A DNA stretch of 64,000 nt from the NCBI GenBank assembly GCA_963790795.1, contig CAWBPO010000001.1, forward strand, positions 38,675 through 102,674, in the 5' to 3' direction. Shown one piece after another: positions 1-10,720 of the stretch (its first letter is position 1; the number at the start of each line of letters is the position of its first letter). A program made the translations under genes and the position numbers. The notes under the pieces were generated by a model. The model was given only the letters and a program-made list of their open reading frames with translations. It searched no databases and was not told the DNA's origin. The DNA comes from an uncultured bacterium. Lineage in GTDB: Bacteria; Patescibacteriota; Minisyncoccia; Minisyncoccales; RBG-13-42-11.

Positions 1-286
1 AAAACTAAAGCCAGGCATCTCAAATCTTTTAACTATCTATTCTTTATTTTCCGGGAAAACGATCAAAGAAACGGAAAAGAAATTCAAAGGGAAAGGATAC
101 GCAGATTTTAAAAAAGCTTTATCAGAGCTTCTGATTAATTCTTTGGAGCCTTTCCGCAAAAAAAGAAAAGAACTCCTCCAAAGAGAAGTTTATGTCAGAG
201 AGATTCTGGAACAAGGCAGGAAAAAAGCTGAATCCATTGCCCAATCCACTATTCAGGAAGCAAAGAAAAAAATGGGCCTGATTTAA
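1..286 (+). CDS. trpS: Tryptophan--tRNA ligase, C-terminal part (5'-truncated by window)
   Basis: Manual translation of frame +2: KPGISNLLTIYS...GYADFKKAL...LEQGRKKAESIAQSTIQEAKKKMGLI*, the typical TrpRS anticodon-binding C-terminus; TAA at 284-286. Confidence 0.9.
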   Translation, partial: KLKPGISNLLTIYSLFSGKTIKETEKKFKGKGYADFKKALSELLINSLEPFRKKRKELLQREVYVREILEQGRKKAESIAQSTIQEAKKKMGLI

Positions 287-1704
287 AGACCCATTTCCTG
301 ATAGGTTTTTTTAGTTACCGGAATCCCAACCTTCTCAAAAAGCTTCAAGCTTTCTTTTTCTATATCAATTAAATGTTCCTTGGTGTCGCCTTCAAAGCGG
401 CATTTTATAATCGGAGTGGTGTTGGCTGCCCGTGCCAAAGCCCAGCCATGAGCAAAATTAATTCTGGCACCGTCAATATCAATAAAATCGTAATTGTTTT
501 CTTTAAGATGTTTTTGCAGGTTTCCAATAATCTTGAACTTTTTCTCGTCGGTGGTATCAATGAATATCTCGGAACTGGCAAAATATCGAGGCAGGCTGTC
601 AATATATTCGGCTAAATCTTCCTTTTCAGAAGCGATTTCAGCCAATTTCAAGGAAGCGAAAAGAGCATCATCACAAAGATAATAATCAAGAGGGAAAAAG
701 AAATGTAAAGTAATTTCTCCGCCGAAAACAGCACCTGTTTCAATAATTTTATTGATAACAGCGTTATGATGGGATACTGAGAAATAAGTTTTCGCTCCCT
801 GTTTTGCCATATCATTCAAAAAAGCTTTGGAAACTCTCATATCATGAACAACAGGCCCTTTTTTCTTTTTCAGAGATTGACGAGCCAATATTAAAAGGCA
901 GTGGTCTCCAGAAACTAATCTGCCTTTATTATCAATCAAAGCCACTCTGTCGCCGTCGCCGTCAAAAGCAAAGCCCAAATCAGCTTTTTCTTTCAAAATC
1001 AGCTTTTCTAAATCCTGAATATTTTCTTCCTCGTAAGGGTCTGGCAAATGATGAGGGAAATTTCCGTCAAATTCGCCGTAAATCGTTTTTACCTGACAGC
1101 CCAATTTTTTAAAAACTTCTTCTGGCAAAAAACCCATTGCTCCGTTTCCAGAATCAATAATGATTTTTAATGGCCGTTTTAAGCTGATTCGTCCTGTGAC
1201 ATAATTAATGTAATCTTTGACAGGACTAAAAGAAACCTCCTTTCCTTTTTTGCTGTCTTGTTTCGAAGCATTTTTTAAAACTAGCTCTTTTATCTTTATT
1301 AAATCCTCTCCGATAACATCTTCTGAAATTTCCTTGTTTTGCCTGCGAATGTGAAGCGTCAACCCATTGTATTCTTTGGGGTTGTGGGAACCGCTAACCA
1401 TTATTCCCCCGTCAAAGTGGTAATGAAAAATTGAAAAATAAAACAAAGAGTCAGGAGCTGTCCCGATATTAATTACTTCTTTGCCTTTATCAACCAGTTC
1501 GTCCATAATCGCTTCAGCTAAAGAAGGAGAACTTAACCTGGTATCGCAGGCTACTGCTATTTTTTGGGCCCAGGGATACAATTCAGTATAGGCTGAAGCA
1601 ATTTTTTTAGCTGCTTCCTCATTCAAATCGTCAGGATAAATTCCTCGGATGTCGTAAGCGCGAAAAATATTTGGATTGATACTTCGAAATGGATTGATTT
1701 TCAT
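283..1704 (-). CDS. Phosphomannomutase/phosphoglucomutase
   Basis: FRAYDIRG N-terminus, SGSHNP phosphoserine loop, DGDGDR metal loop, GEITLH sugar-binding loop. Confidence 0.93.
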   Translation of the reverse strand: MKINPFRSINPNIFRAYDIRGIYPDDLNEEAAKKIASAYTELYPWAQKIAVACDTRLSSPSLAEAIMDELVDKGKEVINIGTAPDSLFYFSIFHYHFDGGIMVSGSHNPKEYNGLTLHIRRQNKEISEDVIGEDLIKIKELVLKNASKQDSKKGKEVSFSPVKDYINYVTGRISLKRPLKIIIDSGNGAMGFLPEEVFKKLGCQVKTIYGEFDGNFPHHLPDPYEEENIQDLEKLILKEKADLGFAFDGDGDRVALIDNKGRLVSGDHCLLILARQSLKKKKGPVVHDMRVSKAFLNDMAKQGAKTYFSVSHHNAVINKIIETGAVFGGEITLHFFFPLDYYLCDDALFASLKLAEIASEKEDLAEYIDSLPRYFASSEIFIDTTDEKKFKIIGNLQKHLKENNYDFIDIDGARINFAHGWALARAANTTPIIKCRFEGDTKEHLIDIEKESLKLFEKVGIPVTKKTYQEMGL

Positions 1705-1728
1705 AATATTTTATTATATCATATTAGT

Positions 1729-2760
1729 ATGTCTTTTTCAGTGGGTATAATCGGACTTCCCAATGTCGGGAAATCCACCTTGTTTAAAGCGCTTACTAAA
1801 ATTCCGGTTGACATAGCTGCTTATCCTTTTACGACAATTCATCCAAATGTCGGAGTGGTTCAGGTACCGGACAAAAGACTGGAAGAAATCGCCAAGGTTA
1901 TCAAACCGGAAAAAAGTACTCCAACCATAATTGAGTTTGTCGATATTGCCGGTTTGGTGAAAGGAGCTCATAAGGGCGAGGGGCTGGGCAATCAATTTTT
2001 AACTCACATCAGGAACTGCGATGCCATAGTTGAAGTGGTCAGGGAGTTTGAAGACGCTAACGTTGAACATGTTGACGGAGCTGTTGATCCGGAAAAAGAT
2101 ATTGGAACGGTACAGGTTGAGCTTTTAATGAAGGATTTGGAAACTTTAGAAGGACTGATCTTAAAAGTTGAAAAAGAAGAAAAAGATAAAAAATCATTGA
2201 AAAGAATAGAACTTCTCCGAAAGATTAAAGACTGGGTTTCCCAGGGCAATTTGATTTCAGAATTGAATTTAACTGAAGAAGAAAAATCAGAGATTAAAGA
2301 ATACCAGTTTCTAACCCAAAAACCACTGCTTTATGTTTTAAATACCGACGGAAAAGCTGAAGCACTCCCTGCCAAAATAAAATACCTGGCAATGAACCTG
2401 AAAGACGAAGAAGGATTCTCAGAACTATCAGACAAAGAACAACAAGAGCTCGGCCTTAAATCAAAACTTGACCAATTAATCGTTGACTGCTACAATATTC
2501 TTGATTTAATTACTTTTTTCACAATAGCCGGCTTAAAAGAAACTCGGGCCTGGACATTGAAAAAAGGATTAACAGCGCCCTTGGCCGGAGGAATCGTTCA
2601 TTCTGATTTCCAGGAAAAGTTTATAAAGGCAGAAACGATCAACTGGCAAAAATTGGTTGAAAGCGGAAACTGGCATAAAGCGCGGGAATTGGGATGGCTG
2701 AAAACCGCTGGCAAAGATTATCTTGTTCAAGACGGCGACGTAATAGAATTTAAAATATAA
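1729..2760 (+). CDS. ychF: Redox-regulated Obg-like ATPase YchF
   Basis: GLPNVGKST, YPFTTI, DIAGLVKGA..GEGLGNQFL, C-terminal TGS domain GKDYLVQDGDVIEF. Confidence 0.96.
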   Translation: MSFSVGIIGLPNVGKSTLFKALTKIPVDIAAYPFTTIHPNVGVVQVPDKRLEEIAKVIKPEKSTPTIIEFVDIAGLVKGAHKGEGLGNQFLTHIRNCDAIVEVVREFEDANVEHVDGAVDPEKDIGTVQVELLMKDLETLEGLILKVEKEEKDKKSLKRIELLRKIKDWVSQGNLISELNLTEEEKSEIKEYQFLTQKPLLYVLNTDGKAEALPAKIKYLAMNLKDEEGFSELSDKEQQELGLKSKLDQLIVDCYNILDLITFFTIAGLKETRAWTLKKGLTAPLAGGIVHSDFQEKFIKAETINWQKLVESGNWHKARELGWLKTAGKDYLVQDGDVIEFKI

Positions 2761-2764
2761 TCTT

Positions 2765-3169
2765 ATGAAAAACTACGAACTAACTTGTTTAATATCATCT
2801 GAAATTTCTGAAACAGAAGCCCAGCAATTGCAGAACCAGATTGCTACTTTGATACAAAGCGAAGCTGGCATTTTGCTTGAAGAAAAACTGCCTTTCAGAA
2901 AAAAATTAGCTTATCCTGTCAAAAAACAATCTCAGGCCTATTTGAGTGTTCTGGTTTTTCAGCTTGAGCCTGAAAAATTGAAAAACCTAGAGAAAAAATT
3001 AAAAGAAATAAGCCAGATTCTCCGTTATTTGATTCTGATAAAACATCCTGTCAAAGAAGATAAAATTACTTCTTTTGCAAGAAAAACAAAATCTAAAAAG
3101 CCGGAGAAAGAAAAAAAGGTCGACTTAAAAGACATTGAGAAAAAATTAGAAGAAATACTTGAAAAATGA
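2765..3169 (+). CDS. rpsF: 30S ribosomal protein S6
   Basis: MKNYEL start, KKLAYPVKK, ILRYLI motifs; rpsF-ssb-rpsR synteny. Confidence 0.92.
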   Translation: MKNYELTCLISSEISETEAQQLQNQIATLIQSEAGILLEEKLPFRKKLAYPVKKQSQAYLSVLVFQLEPEKLKNLEKKLKEISQILRYLILIKHPVKEDKITSFARKTKSKKPEKEKKVDLKDIEKKLEEILEK

Positions 3170-3591
3170 ACCTTAATAAAGTTTTTTTAATCGGCCGATT
3201 AACCAGAGACCCCGAAAAAAGAGCTCTCCCCTCAGGACAATCGGTAACTTCTTTCGGAATGGCAACTGATCGCTTTTTCAACGACAAAAACGGCCAAAGA
3301 CAACAGCAAACAGAGTTTCACAACATTGTAATGTTCGGAAAACTGGCTGACATTGCCAGCCAATATTTGAACAAAGGGTCTTTAGTTTTAATCGAAGGCA
3401 GGACGCAAACAAGAACCTGGCAGGATTCCTCCGGCAATCAAAGATCGCGGACAGAAATCGTAGCTGAAAGACTGCAAATGGGCCCCAAGTCAGCCAACAG
3501 AACAGTCAGCCAGGAACCGGAAAAAACGTCAGAAGATATTCCAGTTATTGAAGAAGAACAGGAAATTGATATAAAAGACGTCCCATTTTAG
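3166..3591 (+). CDS. ssb: Single-stranded DNA-binding protein
   Basis: NKVFLIGRLTRDPE OB-fold start; acidic tail ending DVPF. Confidence 0.97.
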   Translation: MNLNKVFLIGRLTRDPEKRALPSGQSVTSFGMATDRFFNDKNGQRQQQTEFHNIVMFGKLADIASQYLNKGSLVLIEGRTQTRTWQDSSGNQRSRTEIVAERLQMGPKSANRTVSQEPEKTSEDIPVIEEEQEIDIKDVPF

Positions 3592-3617
3592 AAATTAGTC
3601 ATTAGAAATTTTCACTT

Positions 3618-3815
3618 ATGGAATGCTACTTTTGCCAAAGAAACATCAAGAGTATTGATTTTAAAAATACGCAAATTTTGTGGAGATTTATCTCAGCTTC
3701 GGGAAAAATAAAACCAAAAAAAAGAACCGGAGTCTGTTCCGGTCATCAGCGAAAATTGACTCGGGCGATAAAAAGAGCAAGGTATTTAGCCCTTCTCTCT
3801 CCAACTTCTAAATAA
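3618..3815 (+). CDS. rpsR: 30S ribosomal protein S18 (zinc-binding C+ form)
   Basis: CYFC...IDFKN...[21 protein letters not shown]. Confidence 0.95.
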   Translation: MECYFCQRNIKSIDFKNTQILWRFISASGKIKPKKRTGVCSGHQRKLTRAIKRARYLALLSPTSK

Positions 3816-4793
3816 CAAATCTTTAATCTTTTCGGTAATTTCAGGATTTTGCCTTAGGAATTCTTTGCTTGCCTCCGTCCCCTGTCCGAGTTTGTTATCT
3901 TCAAATTGAAGCCAAGAACCGGCTTTTTTTATTATTTCCGCTTTTACGCCGGCCGCCAAAACGTCCCCGTAATATGAAATTCCTTCATTGTAGAAAATGT
4001 CAAATTCTGCGATTTTGAAAGGCGGAGCAACCTTATTTTTGACTATCTTCGCTTTGATTCTTGAACCGATAATTTCTTCTTTTTGCTTGATTTGAGCAAT
4101 CCTCCTCAAATCGATTCTGACTGAAGCGTAAAATTTCAAAGCAAGACCGCCAGGCGTTGTTTCCGGATTGCCGAACATGATCCCTATTTTCATTCTTGTC
4201 TGGTTGATAAAAATCAAAACTGTTTTCGATTTGGCAAGTATGCCAGACAATTTTCTTAATGCCTGGCTCATCAATCTCGCTTGCAGGCCTATTTGGAATT
4301 CGCCCATTTCTCCGGCAATTTCTGCCTGGGGAACCAAAGCAGCAACAGAATCAACGACAATCACGTCAATCCCTCCTGATTTGACCAAAGTTTCAACTAT
4401 CTGCAAAGCTTGTTCTCCTGAATCTGGCTGGGAAATCAAAAGGTCGTCAATATTAACGCCGATTTTTCTGGAATAATCAGGGTCTAAAGCATGTTCAGCG
4501 TCAATAAAAGCGCCTATCCCTCCTTTTTTTTGAGCTTCAGCTAAAATATGTAGCGCTAAAGTGCTTTTGCCGGAACTCTCAGGTCCGAAAATCTCAATCA
4601 CTCTTCCCCGCGGCACTCCTCCCACTCCCAAAGCCAAATCCAAAGAAAGGGAACCCGTAGGAATTACATCAACATCAACTGCTCTTGCATCTTTCAGTTT
4701 CATAATCGCTCCCTCTCCGAAGCGCTGTTTTATCTCGTCAACTGCTTCCTGCAAATCTTTTGATTCTGATTGTTGTATTTTTTTCTTTGCCAT
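3786..4793 (-). CDS. recA: Recombinase RecA
   Basis: GPESSGKS Walker [34 protein letters not shown]. Confidence 0.99.
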   Translation of the reverse strand: MAKKKIQQSESKDLQEAVDEIKQRFGEGAIMKLKDARAVDVDVIPTGSLSLDLALGVGGVPRGRVIEIFGPESSGKSTLALHILAEAQKKGGIGAFIDAEHALDPDYSRKIGVNIDDLLISQPDSGEQALQIVETLVKSGGIDVIVVDSVAALVPQAEIAGEMGEFQIGLQARLMSQALRKLSGILAKSKTVLIFINQTRMKIGIMFGNPETTPGGLALKFYASVRIDLRRIAQIKQKEEIIGSRIKAKIVKNKVAPPFKIAEFDIFYNEGISYYGDVLAAGVKAEIIKKAGSWLQFEDNKLGQGTEASKEFLRQNPEITEKIKDLLFRSWREKG

Positions 4794-4827
4794 AATGTTA
4801 TTTTAGCAATAAAAAATATATTTTCAA

Positions 4828-6978
4828 CTAAATTTTTTCCCAGCCCTCATCGTTTTCTTCGTTTTGCGTTTCTTGTTTTAAGAACACTTCTCTCGGTTTT
4901 GCTCCTTCGCCGGGCCCGATAATGCCCTTTTCCTCAAGAATATCCAGCAATCTGGCAGCTCTGGCATAGCCGATTCTCAGTCTTCTCTGTAAAAAAGAAG
5001 CAGAAGCTTTTTTTGTTTCAATGACTATTTTCTTCGCTTCCTCATACAAAGGGTCTTCTCCTCCGACATAGCCGTCAAAACTTTCGCCGTTCTTCATTTC
5101 CAAGGTCTTTTCCAAATCCTCTGCCAGATGGTTTTCAATTAAATCAGGTTCTTCAAGAGCTTCTTCTCTTTGGCTTTTAACATAATCTATCACTTTTCTC
5201 ACTTCTTTTTCAGAAGTATATGAGCCCTGGATTCTTTTCGGCTTTGACACTTCTGCTGAAATGAAAAGCAAATCACCAGCGCCCAATAGCTTCTCAGCGC
5301 CTGCCATATCCAGGACAGTTCTACTATCAACTTGCGAGGCGACCTGGAAAGTGACCCTGGAAGTAATATTTGCTTTTATTAAGCCGGTAATCACTTCAAC
5401 TGACGGCCTTTGAGTGGCAACGACCAAATGAATGCCCACCGCTCTTGCCATCTGAGCTAATCTTACTATTCCTGCTTCCATATCCCTTCCTTTTGCTGCC
5501 ATTAAATCTGCCAATTCGTCAATAATCAAAACAATGTAAGGCAAAGGATTTCCTCCTTCTTTTGTGATTTTGGCATTATAGCTGTCTATATTTCTTGAGC
5601 CGTTTCCGGACAGACTATCAAACCTTTTTTCCATTTCCATAATCAGCCACTTCAAAGCATTGATTGTCCTTTGCGGGTCAAAGATAACAGGAGTCAAAAG
5701 GTGAGGAAGGTCTTTGTAAGCTGAAAATTCAACTCTTTTGGGGTCAACCAGAATAAACCTCAAAGTTTCAGGAGAATTCTGGTAAAGCAGGCTTAAAATC
5801 AAACAATTCAAGAAAATGGTTTTACCTGTGCCAGTTGCTCCAGCTACTAAAAGATGGGGCATTCTTGCCAGATCCGCATAGCAAGAATTGCCTGAAACAT
5901 CCTTGCCCAAAACAATATTCAAGCCAGAAGCAGTGTTTTGGAACTGAGGATTAGCAACCAAATCTCTCAACCTTATCTGGCATCTTGTTTTATTGGGCAC
6001 CTCAATGCCAACCAGAGATTTGCCGGGAATCGGCGCTTCAATTCTGATCGGATGGCTGGCCAGAGCCAAAGAAAGATTGTTGGAAAGAGCGGTAATTTTG
6101 GAAAGCATTATGCCTTCAGCCGGCTTTAAGCTGTATTGGGTTACTGTCGGGCCGATATTTATTTCTGACATTTCCACTGGCAGGCCGAAGTTTTCCAAAG
6201 TTTTTTTAATAATTGCCGAATTAGTCACTGTGTCGCCGGCTGTCGGCTTTCCTTTGTCTGTTTCCAATAATTCCAAAGGCGGTCTTTTATACTGTTCTCC
6301 AGCCAGGACTTTGGCTGTTTTTTTGCTTTCAAGTTCCAAAACCGGCTCTTCTGCTTTTGAGTAAGTTTCTTTTACTCTCGGCTCAACTTCCCTGACTTTG
6401 AATTGGGGCAGGAATATTCTCTTTATTAAAGAAGGTTCTTTTTCTATTTCCAGCTTGTCAGTTTTCGGAGCTTCTTTAATGTCCGGCCTTTTGATTAAAT
6501 ACCAGAAAATCAAAAGCCCGATAACAATTACTCCGCTGAAAACTATTTTGGTCACTAAAAGCCCGAATAATTGCAAAAAAGGCCAGTTAAGAACAAATCC
6601 CAGCCAGCCACCTTGTTTTGGCTCTGAAGAAAAACTCTCAATAATCCCGGCTGTTCCGATAATCAAGATAAAAATAGCCAGGATTGTCGGACCGAAAAAC
6701 TTCTTGTATTTTGTATTGAAAAAGACGATTCCGGCCAAAACTAAAATCAAAGGAATGAAAAAAATGGCTCTGCCGATTAAAAAAGTGAGTCCCTTAATCA
6801 AAGCTGAACCAGCCCCTCCTGCCTTGTCAAAAAAACTCAAACCGACAATTATCGCCAAAATAAAAATTACTACGCCGGAAATCCACTTTTTAACCTCTTC
6901 GGGCAAGGAAAAAATACCGGGTTTTTTCTCTTTTGCCAGGAATTTTTTATTGTTTTTGTATTTTTTCTTCTTTGACAC
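4828..6978 (-). CDS. ftsK: DNA translocase FtsK/SpoIIIE
   Basis: N-terminal TM segments, GATGTGKT, IIDELADLM, ATQRPS, gamma domain LQRRLRIGYARAARL. Confidence 0.97.
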   Translation of the reverse strand: MSKKKKYKNNKKFLAKEKKPGIFSLPEEVKKWISGVVIFILAIIVGLSFFDKAGGAGSALIKGLTFLIGRAIFFIPLILVLAGIVFFNTKYKKFFGPTILAIFILIIGTAGIIESFSSEPKQGGWLGFVLNWPFLQLFGLLVTKIVFSGVIVIGLLIFWYLIKRPDIKEAPKTDKLEIEKEPSLIKRIFLPQFKVREVEPRVKETYSKAEEPVLELESKKTAKVLAGEQYKRPPLELLETDKGKPTAGDTVTNSAIIKKTLENFGLPVEMSEINIGPTVTQYSLKPAEGIMLSKITALSNNLSLALASHPIRIEAPIPGKSLVGIEVPNKTRCQIRLRDLVANPQFQNTASGLNIVLGKDVSGNSCYADLARMPHLLVAGATGTGKTIFLNCLILSLLYQNSPETLRFILVDPKRVEFSAYKDLPHLLTPVIFDPQRTINALKWLIMEMEKRFDSLSGNGSRNIDSYNAKITKEGGNPLPYIVLIIDELADLMAAKGRDMEAGIVRLAQMARAVGIHLVVATQRPSVEVITGLIKANITSRVTFQVASQVDSRTVLDMAGAEKLLGAGDLLFISAEVSKPKRIQGSYTSEKEVRKVIDYVKSQREEALEEPDLIENHLAEDLEKTLEMKNGESFDGYVGGEDPLYEEAKKIVIETKKASASFLQRRLRIGYARAARLLDILEEKGIIGPGEGAKPREVFLKQETQNEENDEGWEKI

Positions 6979-7092
6979 AGATAAAAATTTAACTTGCTAA
7001 TGCCTTTTCATTATATCACTTCTCCGCCCAATTAAAAATCCCTGCAACTTTTTTACATTTAACATTATGAGATGATGATAAAGCAAATAAAT

Positions 7093-10000
7093 TTACTTTT
7101 TCTTAAAACCCGTGCCAGCCGGAATCAGCTTGCCGATAATCACGTTTTCCTTCAATCCCCTTAACTTGTCTTCTTTCCCTTCCAGAGAAGCTTTAATCAA
7201 AACCCTGGAAGTTTCCTGAAATGAAGCTGCCGAAAGGAAACTGTCCGTGGTCAGGGCAACCCTGGAAATCCCCAATAGAATGGAAACGCCTTTGGCCGGT
7301 TTCTTCTTTGCTTTTTTGAGCTGGTTGTTTTCTTCCAAGAATTTTGTTTTTTCAATGATTTCGCCGGAAGAAAAAGAAGAATCCTCAGGGTCTTTTATCC
7401 GTATTCTTGAAAACATCTGACGACAAATTATCTCAATGTGCTTGTCATGAATCAAAGCTCCCTGGGAAACGTAAATCTTCTGGATTTCCTTAATAATGTA
7501 TCTTTGAGTATCTTCTTCGCCTGTCAACTTAAATAATTCTTTCAGTTCTAAACTTCCCTCGCAAAGCTGCTGCCCTTTTTTAATATCTTGTCCTGGTTCC
7601 ACCCAAACAGCTGATTTTGCCGGAATATTGTATTCAACTACTTCTGATTTTTGGGATTTTGACTTCGGAGTTTGGACTTTAGATTTTATCTTTATTATCT
7701 TGTCCGGCGTTATTTCCAAAACCTTACCGTCAGCATGAGCGATTTCCGCTTTTCCGCCAGGCACTCTTGCCTCAAAAATCTCCTGGACTCGCGGCAAACC
7801 CATAGTGATGTCTCCGCCGCCTGCCACGCCTCCTGTATGAAAAGTTCTCATGGTTAACTGAGTTCCCGGCTCGCCGATTGACTGAGCAGCAACCACTCCC
7901 ACTGCTTCTCCTAATTGTATCAGCCGGTTTTTGCCGGCATCCCAACCATAGCATTTCTGGCAAACGCCCCTGATTGACTCGCAGCTTAAAGGCGTTCTTA
8001 CTCTTATCTCTTCAATGCCGGCTTTGACTATTTTCTCGGCTTTATCCCAGTCAATAATTTCTCCTTGCTTGCAGATTTTTTTAACGTTTTCAAGGCAAAC
8101 CCTGCCTAAAATTTTGAAAATAAAGTTCTGGCCGATTTCATCAGCATCTTTTTTCAAAATAACCACTCCTTCTTTATTACCGCAATCCTCTTCAGTAACT
8201 ATGGCTTCGTGGGCAACGTCAACCAGTCTTCTGGTCAGATAGCCGGCTGTGGAAGTTCTGAGAGCTGTATCAGCTGTTCCTTTTCTGGCGCCGTGAGTGG
8301 AAATAAAATATTCCAAAACATCAAACCCCTCTTTAAAAGAGCTTTTGACGGGCAATTCAATGATTTGGCCTGCTGGATTAATCACCAGCCCTTTCATTCC
8401 TGCCATCTGAACCGGCTGGCCCCAAGAACCTTTTGCTCCAGAATCAATTATTTGGAAAACAGAACCGTCCTCTGGCAAAGATTTTGGCACCAGTTCCTCA
8501 ATTTTTGTTTTCACCCTGCTCCAAACTTCAATCACTTTAAAGCTTTTTTCCTCTTTTGAAAGCAGTCCTTTTTTGAAGTGCGTTTCAATCCCCTCAATCT
8601 CTTTTTCCGCTTCAGCAATAATTTTCCCTTTTTCAGGAGGAACGACCAAATCATCCATGCCCCAAGAAACTCCAGACCAAGTTGAATATTCAAAGCCCAG
8701 TTCTTTTATCTTGTCCAAAACCTCTTCTGTTTTTTTAGAATCATATTTTTCAATAACATCTCTGACTATTGTTTCCAAATCTTTGATCCTTATCAAAGAG
8801 TTCTGAAAAGGAAAATTCTCAGGCAAAGCTTCATTGAAAATAATTCTGCCGACTGTAGTTTCAATCAATGGAGAGCTCTGGGAAAATCTGACTTTTATTT
8901 TAGCTTGTATGTCAACTTCGCCGAACTCAAAAGCAAGAATGGCTTCTTCTTTATTGCTGAATACTTTCCCTTCTCCTTTTGCTCCTTCCTTCAACCGTGT
9001 CATCCAGCTGCAACCCAGAACAATATCCTGATTAAGACTGACAACCGGAGTGCCGGTAGCTGGCTTTAACAGATTAAGAGTGAAAAGCATGATTTCCCTG
9101 GCTTCTTTCTGAGCTTTATCAGATAAGGGCAAATGAACTGCCATTTGATCGCCGTCAAAGTCAGCGTTAAATGATTTGCAGACCATGGGATGAATTCTAA
9201 TTGATTCGCCTTCAATTAATATGGGATAAAAAGCCTGTATTCCCAATCTGTGAAGAGTGGGAGCACGATTGAGCAAAACAAGCTTGTCTTTAACCACTTC
9301 TTCCAAACTGGCCCAAACTTCGTCTGTTTCCTGCTCAATTAACCTGGCCGCTCCCCTGACATTGTAGGTTAATTCTTTATCCAGCAGTTTTTTAATTATA
9401 AAAGGCTTGAAAAGCTCTAAAGCCATTTGCTTTGGAATGCCCACCTGATTAAGCTTCAAATCAGGACCGACAACAATTACCGACCTTCCCGAATAATCCA
9501 CTCTTTTCCCCAAGAGATTCTGTCTGAAGCGTCCTTGTTTTCCTTTAAGTATGTCAGCTAAAGACTTCAATAATCTCTTGCCTCCGGTAGTGGCTGTGGT
9601 CATTGTTCCTTTTCTCATTCCATTGTCAATCAAAGCGTCAACCGCTTCCTGAAGCATTCTTTTTTCATTTCTGACAATGACTTCCGGAGCGCCTATTTCC
9701 AAGAGGTATTTTAACCGGTTGTTGCGGTTAATAACTCTTCTGTAGAGGTCGTTCAAATCAGAAGAAGCGTAGCGGCCGCCGTCCAACTGGACCATTGGCC
9801 TTAAATCAGGAGGCAGTACCGGCAGCAAGGTCATAAACATCCATTCCGGCCTGATGCCGGCCTTAATCATTCCTTGAAAAAGTTTCAACCTGGCCAAAAT
9901 CTTTTTTCTGGAAACAGGTTGAGCGGTTTCCATTTCTTTTTTCAGCTCTGCAATTTTTTTCTTCAAATCAATCTTTTCAAATATTTTTCTCAAGATTTCA

Positions 10001-10677
10001 GCTCCTGTGCCAGCTTCAAAAATTTCTCCATATTTCAAAGAAAGGCGATGGAAATCAACTTCCGGCAAAATCTTAAACGGCTTTAAATTCAAAACTTCTT
10101 CTCTGGCTGCGTCCCTGGCTGCTTTTAATTCCGCTGGTTTAATTTTTTCAGATTTTGGTTTTTTGTTTTTAATTTTAATTTTGAGTTTTGAACTTTGAGC
10201 TTTAAATTTTACCTTGTATTCTTTTTCAATCTCGTCCAAAACCTTTTTTTTGGCGTCTTCGTTTATACTAATAACAATGTATGAAGAGAAATAAATCACT
10301 TTCTCAATCTGCTGCATCGGAAGATCAAAAACCATGCCCATTCTGGAGGGCACGCCTCTTAAAAACCAGATGTGAGAGCAGGGGCTGGCCAACTTAATGT
10401 GACCCATTCTCTCCCTTCTTGCCTGGGCTTTGGTTACTTCCACCCCGCATCTGTCGCAAACCATGGCTTTATACCTGATTCCTTTGTATTTGCCGCAATA
10501 GCATTCGTAATCTTTAACAGGCCCGAAAATCTTCTCGCAAAAAAGACCGTCTTTTTCAGCGCGTTGGGTCCTGTAATTAATAGTTTCAGGCTTTGTCACT
10601 TCGCCTTTAGACCAAACTAAAATCTCCTCAGGCGAGGCAATCTTTATTCTGATTGATTCTAAATCTTGGACTCTCAT
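7093..10677 (-). CDS. rpoC: RNA polymerase beta' subunit
   Basis: NADFDGD catalytic motif, N-terminal Zn finger, GEPGTQLTMRTFH. Confidence 0.99.
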   Translation of the reverse strand: MRVQDLESIRIKIASPEEILVWSKGEVTKPETINYRTQRAEKDGLFCEKIFGPVKDYECYCGKYKGIRYKAMVCDRCGVEVTKAQARRERMGHIKLASPCSHIWFLRGVPSRMGMVFDLPMQQIEKVIYFSSYIVISINEDAKKKVLDEIEKEYKVKFKAQSSKLKIKIKNKKPKSEKIKPAELKAARDAAREEVLNLKPFKILPEVDFHRLSLKYGEIFEAGTGAEILRKIFEKIDLKKKIAELKKEMETAQPVSRKKILARLKLFQGMIKAGIRPEWMFMTLLPVLPPDLRPMVQLDGGRYASSDLNDLYRRVINRNNRLKYLLEIGAPEVIVRNEKRMLQEAVDALIDNGMRKGTMTTATTGGKRLLKSLADILKGKQGRFRQNLLGKRVDYSGRSVIVVGPDLKLNQVGIPKQMALELFKPFIIKKLLDKELTYNVRGAARLIEQETDEVWASLEEVVKDKLVLLNRAPTLHRLGIQAFYPILIEGESIRIHPMVCKSFNADFDGDQMAVHLPLSDKAQKEAREIMLFTLNLLKPATGTPVVSLNQDIVLGCSWMTRLKEGAKGEGKVFSNKEEAILAFEFGEVDIQAKIKVRFSQSSPLIETTVGRIIFNEALPENFPFQNSLIRIKDLETIVRDVIEKYDSKKTEEVLDKIKELGFEYSTWSGVSWGMDDLVVPPEKGKIIAEAEKEIEGIETHFKKGLLSKEEKSFKVIEVWSRVKTKIEELVPKSLPEDGSVFQIIDSGAKGSWGQPVQMAGMKGLVINPAGQIIELPVKSSFKEGFDVLEYFISTHGARKGTADTALRTSTAGYLTRRLVDVAHEAIVTEEDCGNKEGVVILKKDADEIGQNFIFKILGRVCLENVKKICKQGEIIDWDKAEKIVKAGIEEIRVRTPLSCESIRGVCQKCYGWDAGKNRLIQLGEAVGVVAAQSIGEPGTQLTMRTFHTGGVAGGGDITMGLPRVQEIFEARVPGGKAEIAHADGKVLEITPDKIIKIKSKVQTPKSKSQKSEVVEYNIPAKSAVWVEPGQDIKKGQQLCEGSLELKELFKLTGEEDTQRYIIKEIQKIYVSQGALIHDKHIEIICRQMFSRIRIKDPEDSSFSSGEIIEKTKFLEENNQLKKAKKKPAKGVSILLGISRVALTTDSFLSAASFQETSRVLIKASLEGKEDKLRGLKENVIIGKLIPAGTGFKKK

Positions 10678-10720
10678 AATTTGAACGTTAGTGAAAAATA
10701 TATTCCGCAGATCATATTTC

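Noticed and set aside
3786-3815. 30-nt convergent overlap of rpsR and recA 3' ends
   Set aside because: Short tail-to-tail overlaps are common in compact genomes; no further signal.
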